A DNA stretch of 64,000 bases from an uncultured Acidobacteriota bacterium (GCA_963821585.1 CAWGEI010000005.1:782627-846626), one strand, 5' to 3'; positions 1-8,965 are shown, numbered from the stretch's first letter. A program made the numbers and translations. Notes: generated by a model from the letters alone, not told the origin.

Positions 1-2
1 GC

Positions 3-425
3 CTCACCATCACGCTCTTCATCGGCAACGACAACCGCAAAGGCGCCGCCGCCATCGCCAGCGGCGCGGAGCTCCACTCGCCCGACCGCGAGCTCCTCCG
101 CCGCGAGCTCGGCGTCGACGCCATTGCCCGCGCGCGCTTCGAGATGCCCGGCGCCCGCCTGGCGATGAACGCGCTGCGCGTACTGCCCCTCCGCGCGCGC
201 GTTCGCGTTGCAAAGCTGCTCTCGCGCGTTCTGCCGCGTTTCGGCTCCGAGGGTGGCTACGTCGAAGTGAACGGCGCGCGCGTCGCGATGACCCAGCGCA
301 CCGCCATCATGCCCCTCGTGTACGCGCTCCAGCACCTCGACGGCAAGAGCGGCTGCCTGTCCCCGTCCGTCTTCAACGCCGAAGACCTGCTTATGGAGTG
401 CGGAGGCAAGGCCTCCGCTTTCTAA
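3..425 (+). CDS. 3' part of a gene cut by the window edge; product unknown
   Basis: Open frame from the window start to TAA at 423-425. No family recognised. The last ~9 codons (MECGGKASAF) are supplied by hairpin repeat 395-422. Confidence 0.35.
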   Translation, partial: LTITLFIGNDNRKGAAAIASGAELHSPDRELLRRELGVDAIARARFEMPGARLAMNALRVLPLRARVRVAKLLSRVLPRFGSEGGYVEVNGARVAMTQRTAIMPLVYALQHLDGKSGCLSPSVFNAEDLLMECGGKASAF

Positions 426-552
426 TTCGTGTGCCGCGAGCGACACGCGTGCATCTCGCGCCGCACGAGTGCTCTAATTCGTTTCCCGTGAGCGGCGCGC
501 GTGCAGCTCGCGCAGCCCGAATTTGAAAGCGGAGGCGCTGCCTCCGCACTCC
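395..552. repeat. Composite repeat: inverted pair of gcggaggc-N-gcctccgc hairpins flanking two tandem ~52-bp units
   Basis: ggagtgcggaggcaaggcctccgctttc (395-422) is the reverse complement of gaaagcggaggcgctgcctccgcactcc (525-552). Between them are two units starting taattcgt, at 423 and 475. Confidence 0.8.
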
Positions 553-554
553 AA

Positions 555-950
555 ATGAAACGCCGCCGTCTCCACCAGGTCACCTTTGCCCTCGCCGGCG
601 CGTACAACCTCGCCTGGGGCGCGTACTCCGCGCTCGATCCGCAGTGGCTGTTCCGCTACGCCGGCATGGCGCCGATGAACCATCCCGAGATCTTCGCTTG
701 CCTGGCCATGGTCATCGGGATCTACGGCTTTCTCTACTGGCAGGTCGCGCGCGATCCGGAGCACGGCGCGCCGATCGCCGCGATCGGTCTCCTCGGCAAA
801 GTCCTCGGGCCGATCGGGCTCGCGCAGCTCATCGCCAGCGGCACGTGGCCGATGAAGAGCATCATCCTCTGCGTGACGAACGACTTCATCTGGTGGATCC
901 CCTTCGCCTGGTACCTGCTCGATGCAATGACTGACAGACGGCACCGTTGA
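555..950 (+). CDS. Small integral membrane protein, unknown function
   Basis: ATG at 555 just after the hairpin. Hydrophobic segments (AYNLAWGAY, FACLAMVIGIYGFLYW, IILCVTNDFIWWIPFAWYLL). Codon bias matches neighbours. Confidence 0.55.
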   Translation: MKRRRLHQVTFALAGAYNLAWGAYSALDPQWLFRYAGMAPMNHPEIFACLAMVIGIYGFLYWQVARDPEHGAPIAAIGLLGKVLGPIGLAQLIASGTWPMKSIILCVTNDFIWWIPFAWYLLDAMTDRRHR

Positions 951-982
951 ACCGGTCGTTTACCTTAGAATCGCCCGAGGTC

Positions 983-2278
983 ATGCATTTCCCCCGAATC
1001 GCGCTGCTCCTTGCGTGCTGTCTCGCCGCCGTGAACGCGGCTGCGCAGCCGCTCACCTGTCCGCCCGCGCCGGCGGGACGTCCGTGCGAGGCGTTCCACT
1101 ATCACGTGCAGATGTTCCGCCCCGACACGCGCGCCTTCACCGAGATCTACGCCGGGCCGCGGTACGCGACGCAGGCCGCGTGCGACCGCGCCCGCGAGCA
1201 GCAGGTGGCCGCCAATCAGAAAGTGGCCGGCTTCTTCCGCGATGTGAAGAAGGAGGAGCGCTACCAGCCCGACCGCTTCGGCACCTGCCACTGCGACCGG
1301 ACGGACGACCAGTCCAGCGCCACCTACCTCACGCCCGCTCAACGCACGGTCCAGCTCCGGACGGCCGAAGACATCCGCCTGCGTGTCCGCGAGCGCCTGC
1401 TCGACGAGAAGATCGCCGGCGACTCGGAGCTGATGCGCGCTTTGTATTCGGACCCGCCGTCGACATCCACCCTCGGCGCCCCGAAGCTCGTCCCCATGCT
1501 CGCGGTCACCCCGACCCCCCTCGTCACCGTTGCCGACGACCTGAAAGCCACCAGGACCCTCGACACGACCAAACCGACGATCGCCGCGATGGACCTCCCG
1601 ATCGTGGACATTGGAGCCGGACCGCCGGCGCCCCCGCCAGCTGATGTAGCGGCGCCTGCACTGAGCGGAGCCGAAGTGTCCTCGCCGCCACCCCCCGTGC
1701 CGCAAGCCGCGGAGTCTCCCGTCGAGGAAACCCGCGTCGAAGAGACCCCCGCGGTCGACCAGACCGAACAGGAAGAAGCCCCCTCCGAGGAAGACCAGAC
1801 CTCCGTCGAACAAACCGCCGAGCGCTTCATCGCCTACGAGACCCAGCGCATCCAGAACGTCCTGCGCGCCTCCTCCGCCATCGCTGACGAGAACGTGAAG
1901 ACCCGGATCTTCGAAGCCTGCATGGAGCGCATCCAGTTGCTCTCCAACCTCCGCCTGCTCATCGAAGGCTCAGGCACGCGCAGCCGCCTCGCGGCCGCCG
2001 CGCGTGATGCGCAGACCGAGGCGCAGCGCCTCGGTCTCGTCGCCTTGCTCTTCGGCGACAGCGTCAAGCCCCACTGGGCTCCCAGCGACGCCTCGGACGT
2101 CGTCTTCGAGATCGAGTCCTCCGTCGCGGCGGAGCCGGAGCGCGCCCTGCGCGACAGCACCGGCCGCTTCACGAACGACCAGAAGAAGCGCGCGCTCTAT
2201 ATGGTCCTGGCCCAGACGCAGCCGACCGAGGACCAGAGGCTGTGGTTGTCGAGCGTCGTGGAGGGATTCCTGCGATGA
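983..2278 (+). CDS. Secreted Pro/Glu-rich protein, unknown function
   Basis: Signal-peptide-like N-terminus MHFPRIALLLACCLAAVNAAAQ, central P/E/A-rich linker. Its stop overlaps the next start (ATGA at 2275-2278). Confidence 0.55.
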   Translation: MHFPRIALLLACCLAAVNAAAQPLTCPPAPAGRPCEAFHYHVQMFRPDTRAFTEIYAGPRYATQAACDRAREQQVAANQKVAGFFRDVKKEERYQPDRFGTCHCDRTDDQSSATYLTPAQRTVQLRTAEDIRLRVRERLLDEKIAGDSELMRALYSDPPSTSTLGAPKLVPMLAVTPTPLVTVADDLKATRTLDTTKPTIAAMDLPIVDIGAGPPAPPPADVAAPALSGAEVSSPPPPVPQAAESPVEETRVEETPAVDQTEQEEAPSEEDQTSVEQTAERFIAYETQRIQNVLRASSAIADENVKTRIFEACMERIQLLSNLRLLIEGSGTRSRLAAAARDAQTEAQRLGLVALLFGDSVKPHWAPSDASDVVFEIESSVAAEPERALRDSTGRFTNDQKKRALYMVLAQTQPTEDQRLWLSSVVEGFLR

Positions 2279-3855
2279 AACGCGCGCTGCTCGTCCTGCT
2301 GCTCGCCCTCGGTGCCTTTGCGCAGGAAGCGCCTCCGCCAGAACCGGCGCCCGCGCCGAACGTGGACGAGGAATTCACGAAGACCGTCTTCTTCGGCAAG
2401 AAGTTCGCCGACCTCGGCGAGTACGCCTCGGCGCAGGAGCAGTACGCCAAGGCCGAGGCGCTCAAGCCCGACCATCCCGCGGTGCTCTACAACCTCGCCG
2501 TCGTGCTCGCGCGCGCCGGGCGGTACTCCGACGCGCAGGTCAAGGTCGACCGCTACCTGCGGCTCTTTCCGGAAGGAGAAGAAAAGGCGAACGTCGCCCG
2601 GCTGCAGCTCGAGCTCCAGTTCCAGAGTGAGCTGCAGAAGAAACGTCAGGCCGACCAGGAGTACGCGGACCTCTTCAACCGTGCGAAGTTCACCTACACG
2701 CGCGGAGAGCTCGACGAGGCGCTGAAGCTGTTCCGCCGCGCGGAGCAGGTGCGTCCGAACGACCCCGCGCCGGTCTATAACGAGGCCATCGTGCTCGAGA
2801 AGCAGGGCGAGCTCGTCGCGGCCATCGAGCGCTACCGCCGCTACTCCCAGCTGGAGGGCGACCTCGACGTGAAGGCCGGCATCGACGAGCGCGTGTTCAC
2901 GATGCAGCGCGAAGTCGAAGACATGCGCACGAAGATCGTCTGCTCGTTCTGCGGGCGCAAGCTCGACGCGAAGGCGATGTGGTGCGAGCGCTGCTGGCAC
3001 GGGCCGTACAGCCACTCCCAGCCGTGCGCCGACGGTGCGTCCGCGACGCGCGCGACGTTCTTCTCCGACCAGCGCTTCAACAAGAACGACGTCCTCCCGT
3101 GCCTCTGGAACCGCGAGTCGCTGCGCTACTCCGCCGCGCGCCAGCGCACCATTCAGGAGGCGCGCAAGGCCGAGGGGTGGACGTACCAGGGCGACGTGCT
3201 GCAGGGCAATCGCGAGATGCAGTACCACCAGGGACCGGAGTACCTCGAGAGGATCACCTCCACGACCGGCGGCGAGATCCTCGAATACCTCGCCCACTCC
3301 GCCGGCTCCTGGCTCCTCGACCGCGAAGACCTCGTCATCGACGCCACCCGCTACCTGACGCAGTACACCTACGACGGGGGCGGCCGCATCGTGCAGCAGC
3401 GCGTCGACTACCAGAACACCGCCGCCTGCAACCACCTCATCTCCATGACCGCCAACGCCACCTACGACGGCGACGCCCTCATGTCCATCAGCGTCAAAGG
3501 CGGCTACGAGGGGTACGTGCCCGAGGGCGCGCCGAAGACCGACTGGCAGGCCAATGTCGCCTACACCTACGACGACAAACGCCGCGTCACCAGCGAAGAG
3601 CTGACCGTCACGTCCCTGACCAAGACCTACACCCAGAAGCCCATCGACTCCCTCCGCGACGAGATCGGCCGCCTCTACCCCGGCATGCGCGTGAAGAAGC
3701 CCGTCGAGAGCATCCAGCGCAGCGGCGACTACTGCGCAACCAGCCTGTCCAACCTCATCGACTTACGCCCCTTCTACGCGCTGACGCCCAACCTCTCGAT
3801 GCAGCTGCCCAACGGGGTGACCAAGGCGGTCGTGACGTTCACCTACCCGCAGTGA
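2275..3855 (+). CDS. Secreted TPR protein with zinc-ribbon-like CxxC...CxxC and YD-like C-terminal repeats
   Basis: Signal peptide MKRALLVLLLALGAFAQE. TPR-like helices (AVLYNLAVVLARAGRYSDA, PVYNEAIVLEKQGE). CSFCGRKLDAKAMWCERCWHG. Repeats YTYDGGGRIV, ATYDGDAL, YTYDDKRRV. Confidence 0.6.
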   Translation: MKRALLVLLLALGAFAQEAPPPEPAPAPNVDEEFTKTVFFGKKFADLGEYASAQEQYAKAEALKPDHPAVLYNLAVVLARAGRYSDAQVKVDRYLRLFPEGEEKANVARLQLELQFQSELQKKRQADQEYADLFNRAKFTYTRGELDEALKLFRRAEQVRPNDPAPVYNEAIVLEKQGELVAAIERYRRYSQLEGDLDVKAGIDERVFTMQREVEDMRTKIVCSFCGRKLDAKAMWCERCWHGPYSHSQPCADGASATRATFFSDQRFNKNDVLPCLWNRESLRYSAARQRTIQEARKAEGWTYQGDVLQGNREMQYHQGPEYLERITSTTGGEILEYLAHSAGSWLLDREDLVIDATRYLTQYTYDGGGRIVQQRVDYQNTAACNHLISMTANATYDGDALMSISVKGGYEGYVPEGAPKTDWQANVAYTYDDKRRVTSEELTVTSLTKTYTQKPIDSLRDEIGRLYPGMRVKKPVESIQRSGDYCATSLSNLIDLRPFYALTPNLSMQLPNGVTKAVVTFTYPQ

Positions 3856-3869
3856 TTTGGAGTTGTCGT

Positions 3870-4075
3870 GGCGCGCGAAGGCGCTCTCCAAGCTAGCCCC
3901 GGGCGGACCGCCGCCCGGGGTAACGCGAGGACGCTCCCAACAACGCGGCCGCGAAGGCGGCCGCTCCAGGGCGTGTTTGTAGCGACCGCCTTCGCGGCCG
4001 CGTCGACTTTCGACTCCGCGTTCCCCGGGCGGCGGTCCGCCCGGGGCTAGCTTGGGAAAGCGCGCCTTCGCGCGC
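3870..4075. repeat. ~200-bp nested palindromic element (family C, copy 1)
   Basis: gcgcgcgaaggcgc...ccccgggcggaccgccgcccgggg...gcggccgcgaaggcggccgc is mirrored by gcgaccgccttcgcggccgc...ccccgggcggcggtccgcccgggg...gcgcgccttcgcgcgc. Confidence 0.85.
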
Positions 4076-4150
4076 AAAGTTGGTGCGTATGGGCTGAAAG
4101 CCGGGGCTGTTTTCTGCTGACCGCTACGCGGTCGACGGTCCGTACCATGC

Positions 4151-5071
4151 TCAAGCGCGCGCCGAAGGTTTCGTGAACGGCACGCAGTAGGGGTCGTCCG
4201 CCGCGCACATCGCGTACTCGAACTGTACCGTCGTGTGCGCGATGCGGTAGTCGCGGGCGAGCATGGTGGTGATCTCGTCGAGGATGCGCGACGTTTCCTT
4301 CACCGGTACGTCGCCGACCATGAGGTGGCAGGACAGGGCTGGGCGCGACGGGCCGAGGGCCCAGATGTGGAGGTGGTGGACGCCGTAGATGCCCTCGATG
4401 CGGCCGAGGGATTGGGTGACGGCGTCGGGGTCGATGGCGGCGGGCGTGCCTTCGAGGAGGAGGTTCATCGACTCGCGCAGCACGCCGTAGCTGCTCCAGA
4501 GGATCAGCACGCCGATGAGGATCGTGACCGCGGCGTCCCAGACCGGCGTCCCGGTGATGCGGATCAGCACCGCGGCGACGATGATCCCCGCCGACGACAC
4601 TGCGTCGCCGATCATGTGGACGAACGCGCCGCGGATGTTCACGTCCTCCCGGCTCTCGTGGTGCAGCGACAGCGCGGTCGCGCCGTTCACGAGCATCGCG
4701 ATGGCGGCGGTGATGAGCATCGCGGTCGTCGAGACTTCGTGAGGCGTGCGCAGGCGCTCCCACGCCTCGCGGAACACGAAGATCGTGAATGTCACCAGCA
4801 TCGCCGCGTTGATGAACGCCGCCAGGATGCCGGCCCGCTGGTAGCCGAACGTCTTCGCGCTCGTCGGCGCGCGGCGCTCCAGCCGCACCGCGACCAGCGC
4901 GATCAGCAGCGCGACGGCGTCGGTGAGGTTGTGCAGCGCATCGCCGATGAGGGAGAGCGATCCGGACCAGATGCCGACCGTGACTTCCGCCGCGACGACG
5001 ATGAGGTTCGCGACGGTCGCAATGGTCAGTTTGCGGGTGATGTTGTGATGGTGATGCTGATGCTGATGCAT
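4151..5071 (-). CDS. czcD: Cation diffusion facilitator (CDF) metal efflux transporter
   Basis: His-rich N-terminus MHQHQHHHH. TM2 signature SLSLIGDALHNLTDA. HMIGDAVSS motif. Cytoplasmic C-terminal domain with HHLHIWALG. Confidence 0.9.
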   Translation of the reverse strand: MHQHQHHHHNITRKLTIATVANLIVVAAEVTVGIWSGSLSLIGDALHNLTDAVALLIALVAVRLERRAPTSAKTFGYQRAGILAAFINAAMLVTFTIFVFREAWERLRTPHEVSTTAMLITAAIAMLVNGATALSLHHESREDVNIRGAFVHMIGDAVSSAGIIVAAVLIRITGTPVWDAAVTILIGVLILWSSYGVLRESMNLLLEGTPAAIDPDAVTQSLGRIEGIYGVHHLHIWALGPSRPALSCHLMVGDVPVKETSRILDEITTMLARDYRIAHTTVQFEYAMCAADDPYCVPFTKPSARA

Positions 5072-5147
5072 CTGAGTCCTGAGTCCTCAGTCCTGAGTCC
5101 TGAGTCGGCCGGTGGGGCTCAGCACTCAGGACTCGGCACTCAGGACT
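5072..5147. repeat. tgagtcc-type heptamer-rich palindrome (family D)
   Basis: ctgagtcctgagtcctcagtcctgagtcctgagtc ... ctcagcactcaggactcggcactcaggact fills the czcD-purE spacer and overlaps the last purE codons. Confidence 0.8.
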
Positions 5148-5646
5148 TGATCCGCGTCGACTTCTCCACCTTCTTCGACTTCGCCGCGACCGCGTCCGCC
5201 ATCGAGGCGCGCTGCTCCTTCATCTTCGCTGCGAGCTCCGGGTCCGAGGTCCCGATGATCTGCGCCGCGAGAATCCCCGCGTTGCGCGCGCCGCCGATGG
5301 CTACGCTCGCCACCGGAATCCCCGGCGGCATCTGGACGATCGCGTACAGCGCGTCCAGTCCCTGCAGCGCGCCGCTCGCGAGCGGCACTCCGATCACCGG
5401 CCGCGTCGTGAACGACGCCACGACGCCCGGCAGGTGCGCGGCCATCCCCGCGCCGGCGATGAACACCGCCGCGCCGTTCGCCTCCGCGTCGGTGATGATC
5501 TTTTTCGCGCGCTCCGGCGAGCGGTGTGCCGAGGCGACGGTGAAGTCGTACGGAACGCCGAGCTCGTCGAGCGCGGCGGCAGCCTGGGACATGACTTCCG
5601 CGTCGGAGTCACTGCCCATGATGATGAGAACCCAAGGTTTTGCCAT
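5140..5646 (-). CDS. purE: N5-carboxyaminoimidazole ribonucleotide mutase
   Basis: VLIIMGSDSDAEVM, SAHRSPER, AGMAAHLPGVVAS and PVIGVP motifs. ATG at 5646; the upstream alternative in the ORF track is TTG. Confidence 0.9.
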   Translation of the reverse strand: MAKPWVLIIMGSDSDAEVMSQAAAALDELGVPYDFTVASAHRSPERAKKIITDAEANGAAVFIAGAGMAAHLPGVVASFTTRPVIGVPLASGALQGLDALYAIVQMPPGIPVASVAIGGARNAGILAAQIIGTSDPELAAKMKEQRASMADAVAAKSKKVEKSTRIKS

Positions 5647-5657
5647 GCGCGGCAATG

Positions 5658-6974
5658 CTAGGAGGGGAGGCTCTCGGGGTCAATCGCGCGGAAGGCGCCC
5701 GAGGCGCGCATTTCGAGGGCGCGGTAGCCGATGTCGCGACGGTAGCGCGCCCCTTCGAAGCGCACTTTCGGCGCGGCCTCGTACGCCTTCCCCAGCGCCT
5801 CGGACAGCGTCGCCGCGCGCGCACACACGCTGACCACGCGGCCGGCCTGGTTGATCAGCTTGCCCTCGCGCTTCACGACTCCCGCGTGGAACACGACCAC
5901 GGACGGGTCGTCGATCGGATCGAACACGACTTCCTGTCCCTTCGCATGGTCATCCGGATAGCCGTCGACCGCGATCACCACGCACGCCGCGGCTTCCTTT
6001 TTCCAGTTCAGCGCCTTCAGGTCGCCGAGGTTGCCGCGGGCGACGCGGAGGAAGACGTCGGCGAGATCATCGTCGAGCCGCATCATCTGCACCTGCGTCT
6101 CCGGATCGCCGAAGCGGCAGTTGTACTCCAGCGTTTTCGGCCCGGCCGGGGTGAGCATCACCCCCGCGTACAGGACGCCCTGATACGGGCGGCCTTCCGC
6201 CTCCATCCCCGCGACCGTGGGTAGGATGATCGTCTTCATGATCTCCGCCGCGGTCTCTCCGGTCAGCACAACGGCCGGCGAGTGCGAGCCCATGCCGCCC
6301 GTATTCGGCCCCTCATCGTTGTCGAACGCCTTCTTGTAGTCCTTCGCGGGCGCGAGCGGAAGCGACTTTGTCCCGTCCGTGATGACCATGAACGAGACTT
6401 CCTCGCCAGTGAGGAACTCCTCGACGAGGATGCGGTTCGAGGCGGTGCCGAATTTCTTCTCCTCGAACACCATGTGCAGGTATTCGTCCGCCTCGGATGC
6501 CGAATTGACGATGACCACGCCCTTGCCGGCGGCGAGGCCGTCGATTTTCAGGACGCTGGGGTAGCCGATCTGCTTGAGGGCCTTCTTCGCCTCGTCCACG
6601 GAGTTGGCGGCGACGGCTTCCGCGGTCGGGATGCCGTACTTGCGCATGAAGTCCTTGGAGAAGATCTTCGAGCCCTCGAGCTCCGCGGCGAGGCGGGTAG
6701 GACCGAAGATCGGGAGGCCGCGCTTCTGGAACTCGTCGACGATGCCCAGGGTCAGGGGAAGCTCGGGGCCCACGACGGTGAGGTCCATCTTCAGCTGTTC
6801 GGCGAAATCGGCCAGCTCGACGATGTCGGCGACCCCGATCGGGACGCAGTCGGCTACCTGGGCGATGCCGGCGTTTCCCGGGGCGGCGTACAGTTCCCGG
6901 ACGAGGGGCGACTGTTTGAGCTTCCAGCAGAGGGCGTGCTCCCGTGCACCCTGCCCGACGACGAGAACTCGCAT
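5658..6974 (-). CDS. purD: Phosphoribosylamine-glycine ligase
   Basis: MRVLVVGQGAREHALCWKL N-terminus, ATP-grasp core, EYNCRFGDPETQ motif. Length 438 aa. Confidence 0.95.
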   Translation of the reverse strand: MRVLVVGQGAREHALCWKLKQSPLVRELYAAPGNAGIAQVADCVPIGVADIVELADFAEQLKMDLTVVGPELPLTLGIVDEFQKRGLPIFGPTRLAAELEGSKIFSKDFMRKYGIPTAEAVAANSVDEAKKALKQIGYPSVLKIDGLAAGKGVVIVNSASEADEYLHMVFEEKKFGTASNRILVEEFLTGEEVSFMVITDGTKSLPLAPAKDYKKAFDNDEGPNTGGMGSHSPAVVLTGETAAEIMKTIILPTVAGMEAEGRPYQGVLYAGVMLTPAGPKTLEYNCRFGDPETQVQMMRLDDDLADVFLRVARGNLGDLKALNWKKEAAACVVIAVDGYPDDHAKGQEVVFDPIDDPSVVVFHAGVVKREGKLINQAGRVVSVCARAATLSEALGKAYEAAPKVRFEGARYRRDIGYRALEMRASGAFRAIDPESLPS

Positions 6975-7069
6975 GTTCTTGGGATTGTAACGGGATATTG
7001 ACACTAGCTGGCGGGATCGACATCGGGCGGACTAGACGTTCTCCGGCTGCGCCCGTATTTAGGGCGATC

Positions 7070-7687
7070 ATGTCCCCCGGACTCCGCCTGATGATGCCGA
7101 CTACGCCCACCGTCGAGCCCGATGACCGGCAGCTCGTCGAGACGATCCGCGGCGGCGACACCGACGCGTTCGAGACGCTCGTTCGCCGGAAGACCTCGAA
7201 GGTGTACGCGCTCTGCTACCGGATCATCGGCAACGCAGAAGACGCCAAGGACATCTCCCAGCTCGTGTTCCTCAAGCTCTGGGAGAACCTGGAGAAGTAC
7301 GACCCGCACTACGCGTTCGACACCTGGCTGTACCGGATGGTGACCAACGTGTCCATCGACTTCATGCGCAACAAGCAGTCGCGCGACAACGCCGTGAACT
7401 CGAACCTGCGGCTGGTGAAGACGGCCGCGGACGCGGAGCAGACGGTCGTCGTGCAGCGGAAGGAAGTGGAGACGGTCTTCAACGAGATCTCCTCGGTCCT
7501 CTCGCCGAAGCAGAAGACGATCTTCGTCATGAATCAGATGGAAGACCTGCCGTCCGCGGAGATCGCGAAGGTCCTGGGCTGCCGCGAGTCGACGGTCCGC
7601 AATCACCTGTTCAACGCGCGCAAGCTGATGCAGGCGCAGTTACAGCGGCGCTTCCCCGAATACGCGCAGCTCTGGAGGGAGAAATGA
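7070..7687 (+). CDS. ECF-type RNA polymerase sigma-70 factor
   Basis: Region 2 (DAFETLVRRKTSKVYALCYRIIGNAEDAKDISQLVFLKLW) and region 4 (EDLPSAEIAKVLGCRESTVRNHLFNARKLM). The exact start is uncertain (7070, 7091 or 7094). Confidence 0.85.
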   Translation: MSPGLRLMMPTTPTVEPDDRQLVETIRGGDTDAFETLVRRKTSKVYALCYRIIGNAEDAKDISQLVFLKLWENLEKYDPHYAFDTWLYRMVTNVSIDFMRNKQSRDNAVNSNLRLVKTAADAEQTVVVQRKEVETVFNEISSVLSPKQKTIFVMNQMEDLPSAEIAKVLGCRESTVRNHLFNARKLMQAQLQRRFPEYAQLWREK

Positions 7688-8184
7688 TCTCGTGTGACTC
7701 CTTCCGGACCCGTTTCCACGTGAACACGGACGACGCGGCGCTGCTCGAGCACCTGCGCTCGTGCGACCGCTGCCTCGACTTCGCGGCGCACGCCGATGCG
7801 GACGTGCTGTTCCGCGCTCTCGGCGTCGGCGAGCTGGTCCCCCCCGGCGGGATCGACGCGTTCGTCGGCGACGTGATGCAGCAGGTGCGCGTGCGCGGCG
7901 CGGAGACGACGGTCGCCTCGGCGCGCGTGGCGGCGTGGCCGCGCCACCTGGCGATGGCCGCGGCGCTGGCGACGGCGGTGTTCGGCGCGACGCTCGTCCG
8001 CAGCCCGCAGGCCACTGTCGACATGAATCCGATCCAGCGCGCGTCGCTGCGCACGCTCACGACCAAGCCGGTCGTGGCGTCCTACGACTCACAGAATGCA
8101 ACCATCATCGAAGTCCCCACCGCGGGAGCGGATGACGTGAAAATCGTCATGATCTTCGACGAGAATCTTCCGGCGGACTTATGA
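7684..8184 (+). CDS. Putative anti-sigma factor (zf-HC2-like)
   Basis: ATGA overlap with the sigma gene. N-terminal C-x...H-x3-C-x2-C pattern (CDSFRTRF...EHLRSCDRCLDF). One hydrophobic segment (LAMAAALATAVFGATLV). Confidence 0.6.
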   Translation: MISCDSFRTRFHVNTDDAALLEHLRSCDRCLDFAAHADADVLFRALGVGELVPPGGIDAFVGDVMQQVRVRGAETTVASARVAAWPRHLAMAAALATAVFGATLVRSPQATVDMNPIQRASLRTLTTKPVVASYDSQNATIIEVPTAGADDVKIVMIFDENLPADL

Positions 8185-8852
8185 AGCGAATTGCAGTTGT
8201 ACTGATGGCCCTGTTCCTCGTGTCGGCAGCGGCGTTTGCCGATGCCGCGGATCCGGGCAAGAGCCTGTCCGTGCGGACGTTCCAGTTCAAGCACAAGCAG
8301 GCGGACAAGGCCGCGGCGATGATCAAGTCGCTGCTGACGGCGAGCGGATCGATGTCGATCCAGCCGGCGACGAACTCCCTCGTGGTGACGGACGATCCGG
8401 AGAAGCTCAAGGAGATCGCCGCCGCGCTGACGAAGTTCGACGCCGCGCCGCAGCCGTTCCACCTGACGGTGCGCCTGATCTCGGCCGGCCGTGCCGGCGT
8501 CAAGGGTGCGCGCTTCCCCGACGAGCTCAAGGATCTCGAGTCGAAGCTGCAGCTCCTCCGCTACGACAGCGTGGAGAGCCTCGGCGCGGCCGAAGTGGAC
8601 GGGAAAGAAGGCGAGCCGGGGATCGTGAGCCTGTCGTCGTACCGCGCGGACTTCAAGTTCGGCGAGTACGACCCGGCCAGCGACACGATCTCGATCTCGG
8701 ACTTCCAGCTCAGCCGCCAGACGGGAGATCAGCTCTCCCCGATGATGAAGACGACGTTGAACCTGAAACTCGGACAGACGTTCATCATGGGCGTCACGCG
8801 CCAGCCCAACAGCCAGCGCGCGCTCATGATGGTGCTGTCCGCCCGGCGCTGA
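8181..8852 (+). CDS. Secreted protein with secretin-N (NolW-like) domain
   Basis: Signal peptide MKRIAVVLMALFLVSAAAFADA. LSVRTFQFKHKQADKAAAMIKSLL...TNSLVVTDDPEKLKEIAAALTKFD resembles secretin N1 domains. Start overlaps the anti-sigma stop. Confidence 0.5.
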   Translation: MKRIAVVLMALFLVSAAAFADAADPGKSLSVRTFQFKHKQADKAAAMIKSLLTASGSMSIQPATNSLVVTDDPEKLKEIAAALTKFDAAPQPFHLTVRLISAGRAGVKGARFPDELKDLESKLQLLRYDSVESLGAAEVDGKEGEPGIVSLSSYRADFKFGEYDPASDTISISDFQLSRQTGDQLSPMMKTTLNLKLGQTFIMGVTRQPNSQRALMMVLSARR

Positions 8853-8965
8853 CGAAGGCGCGCATTTCTCCTCACTTTGGCGAAGGCCGCGGCGCACCAC
8901 CGCTCACCCGGTGCGCCGCGGCTGGAGCTAAGCTTTTCACCTCCCGGACGTACGCTTGCGGATCT

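Noticed and set aside
3870-4075. Possible CRISPR arrays among the many GC-rich repeats.
   Set aside because: The repeats are inverted or nested palindromes, not evenly spaced direct repeats separated by unique spacers. Copies are scattered across the window and no cas genes are present.
4235-5833. Long ORFs antisense to or overlapping recognised genes (e.g. 4235-5833, 2197-3435, 9176-10246, 11538-13034, 14304-15677, 16181-17449, 19667-20731, 30782-32665, 34040-35401, 35630-37171, 39301-40659, 43467-44990, 52639-53907, 58777-60276, 59856-61550).
   Set aside because: Such ORFs are typical of high-GC DNA, where stop codons are rare in non-coding frames. Their translations are Arg/Ala/Gly/Pro-rich with no recognisable motifs, and each overlaps a gene with clear family signatures on the other strand or frame.
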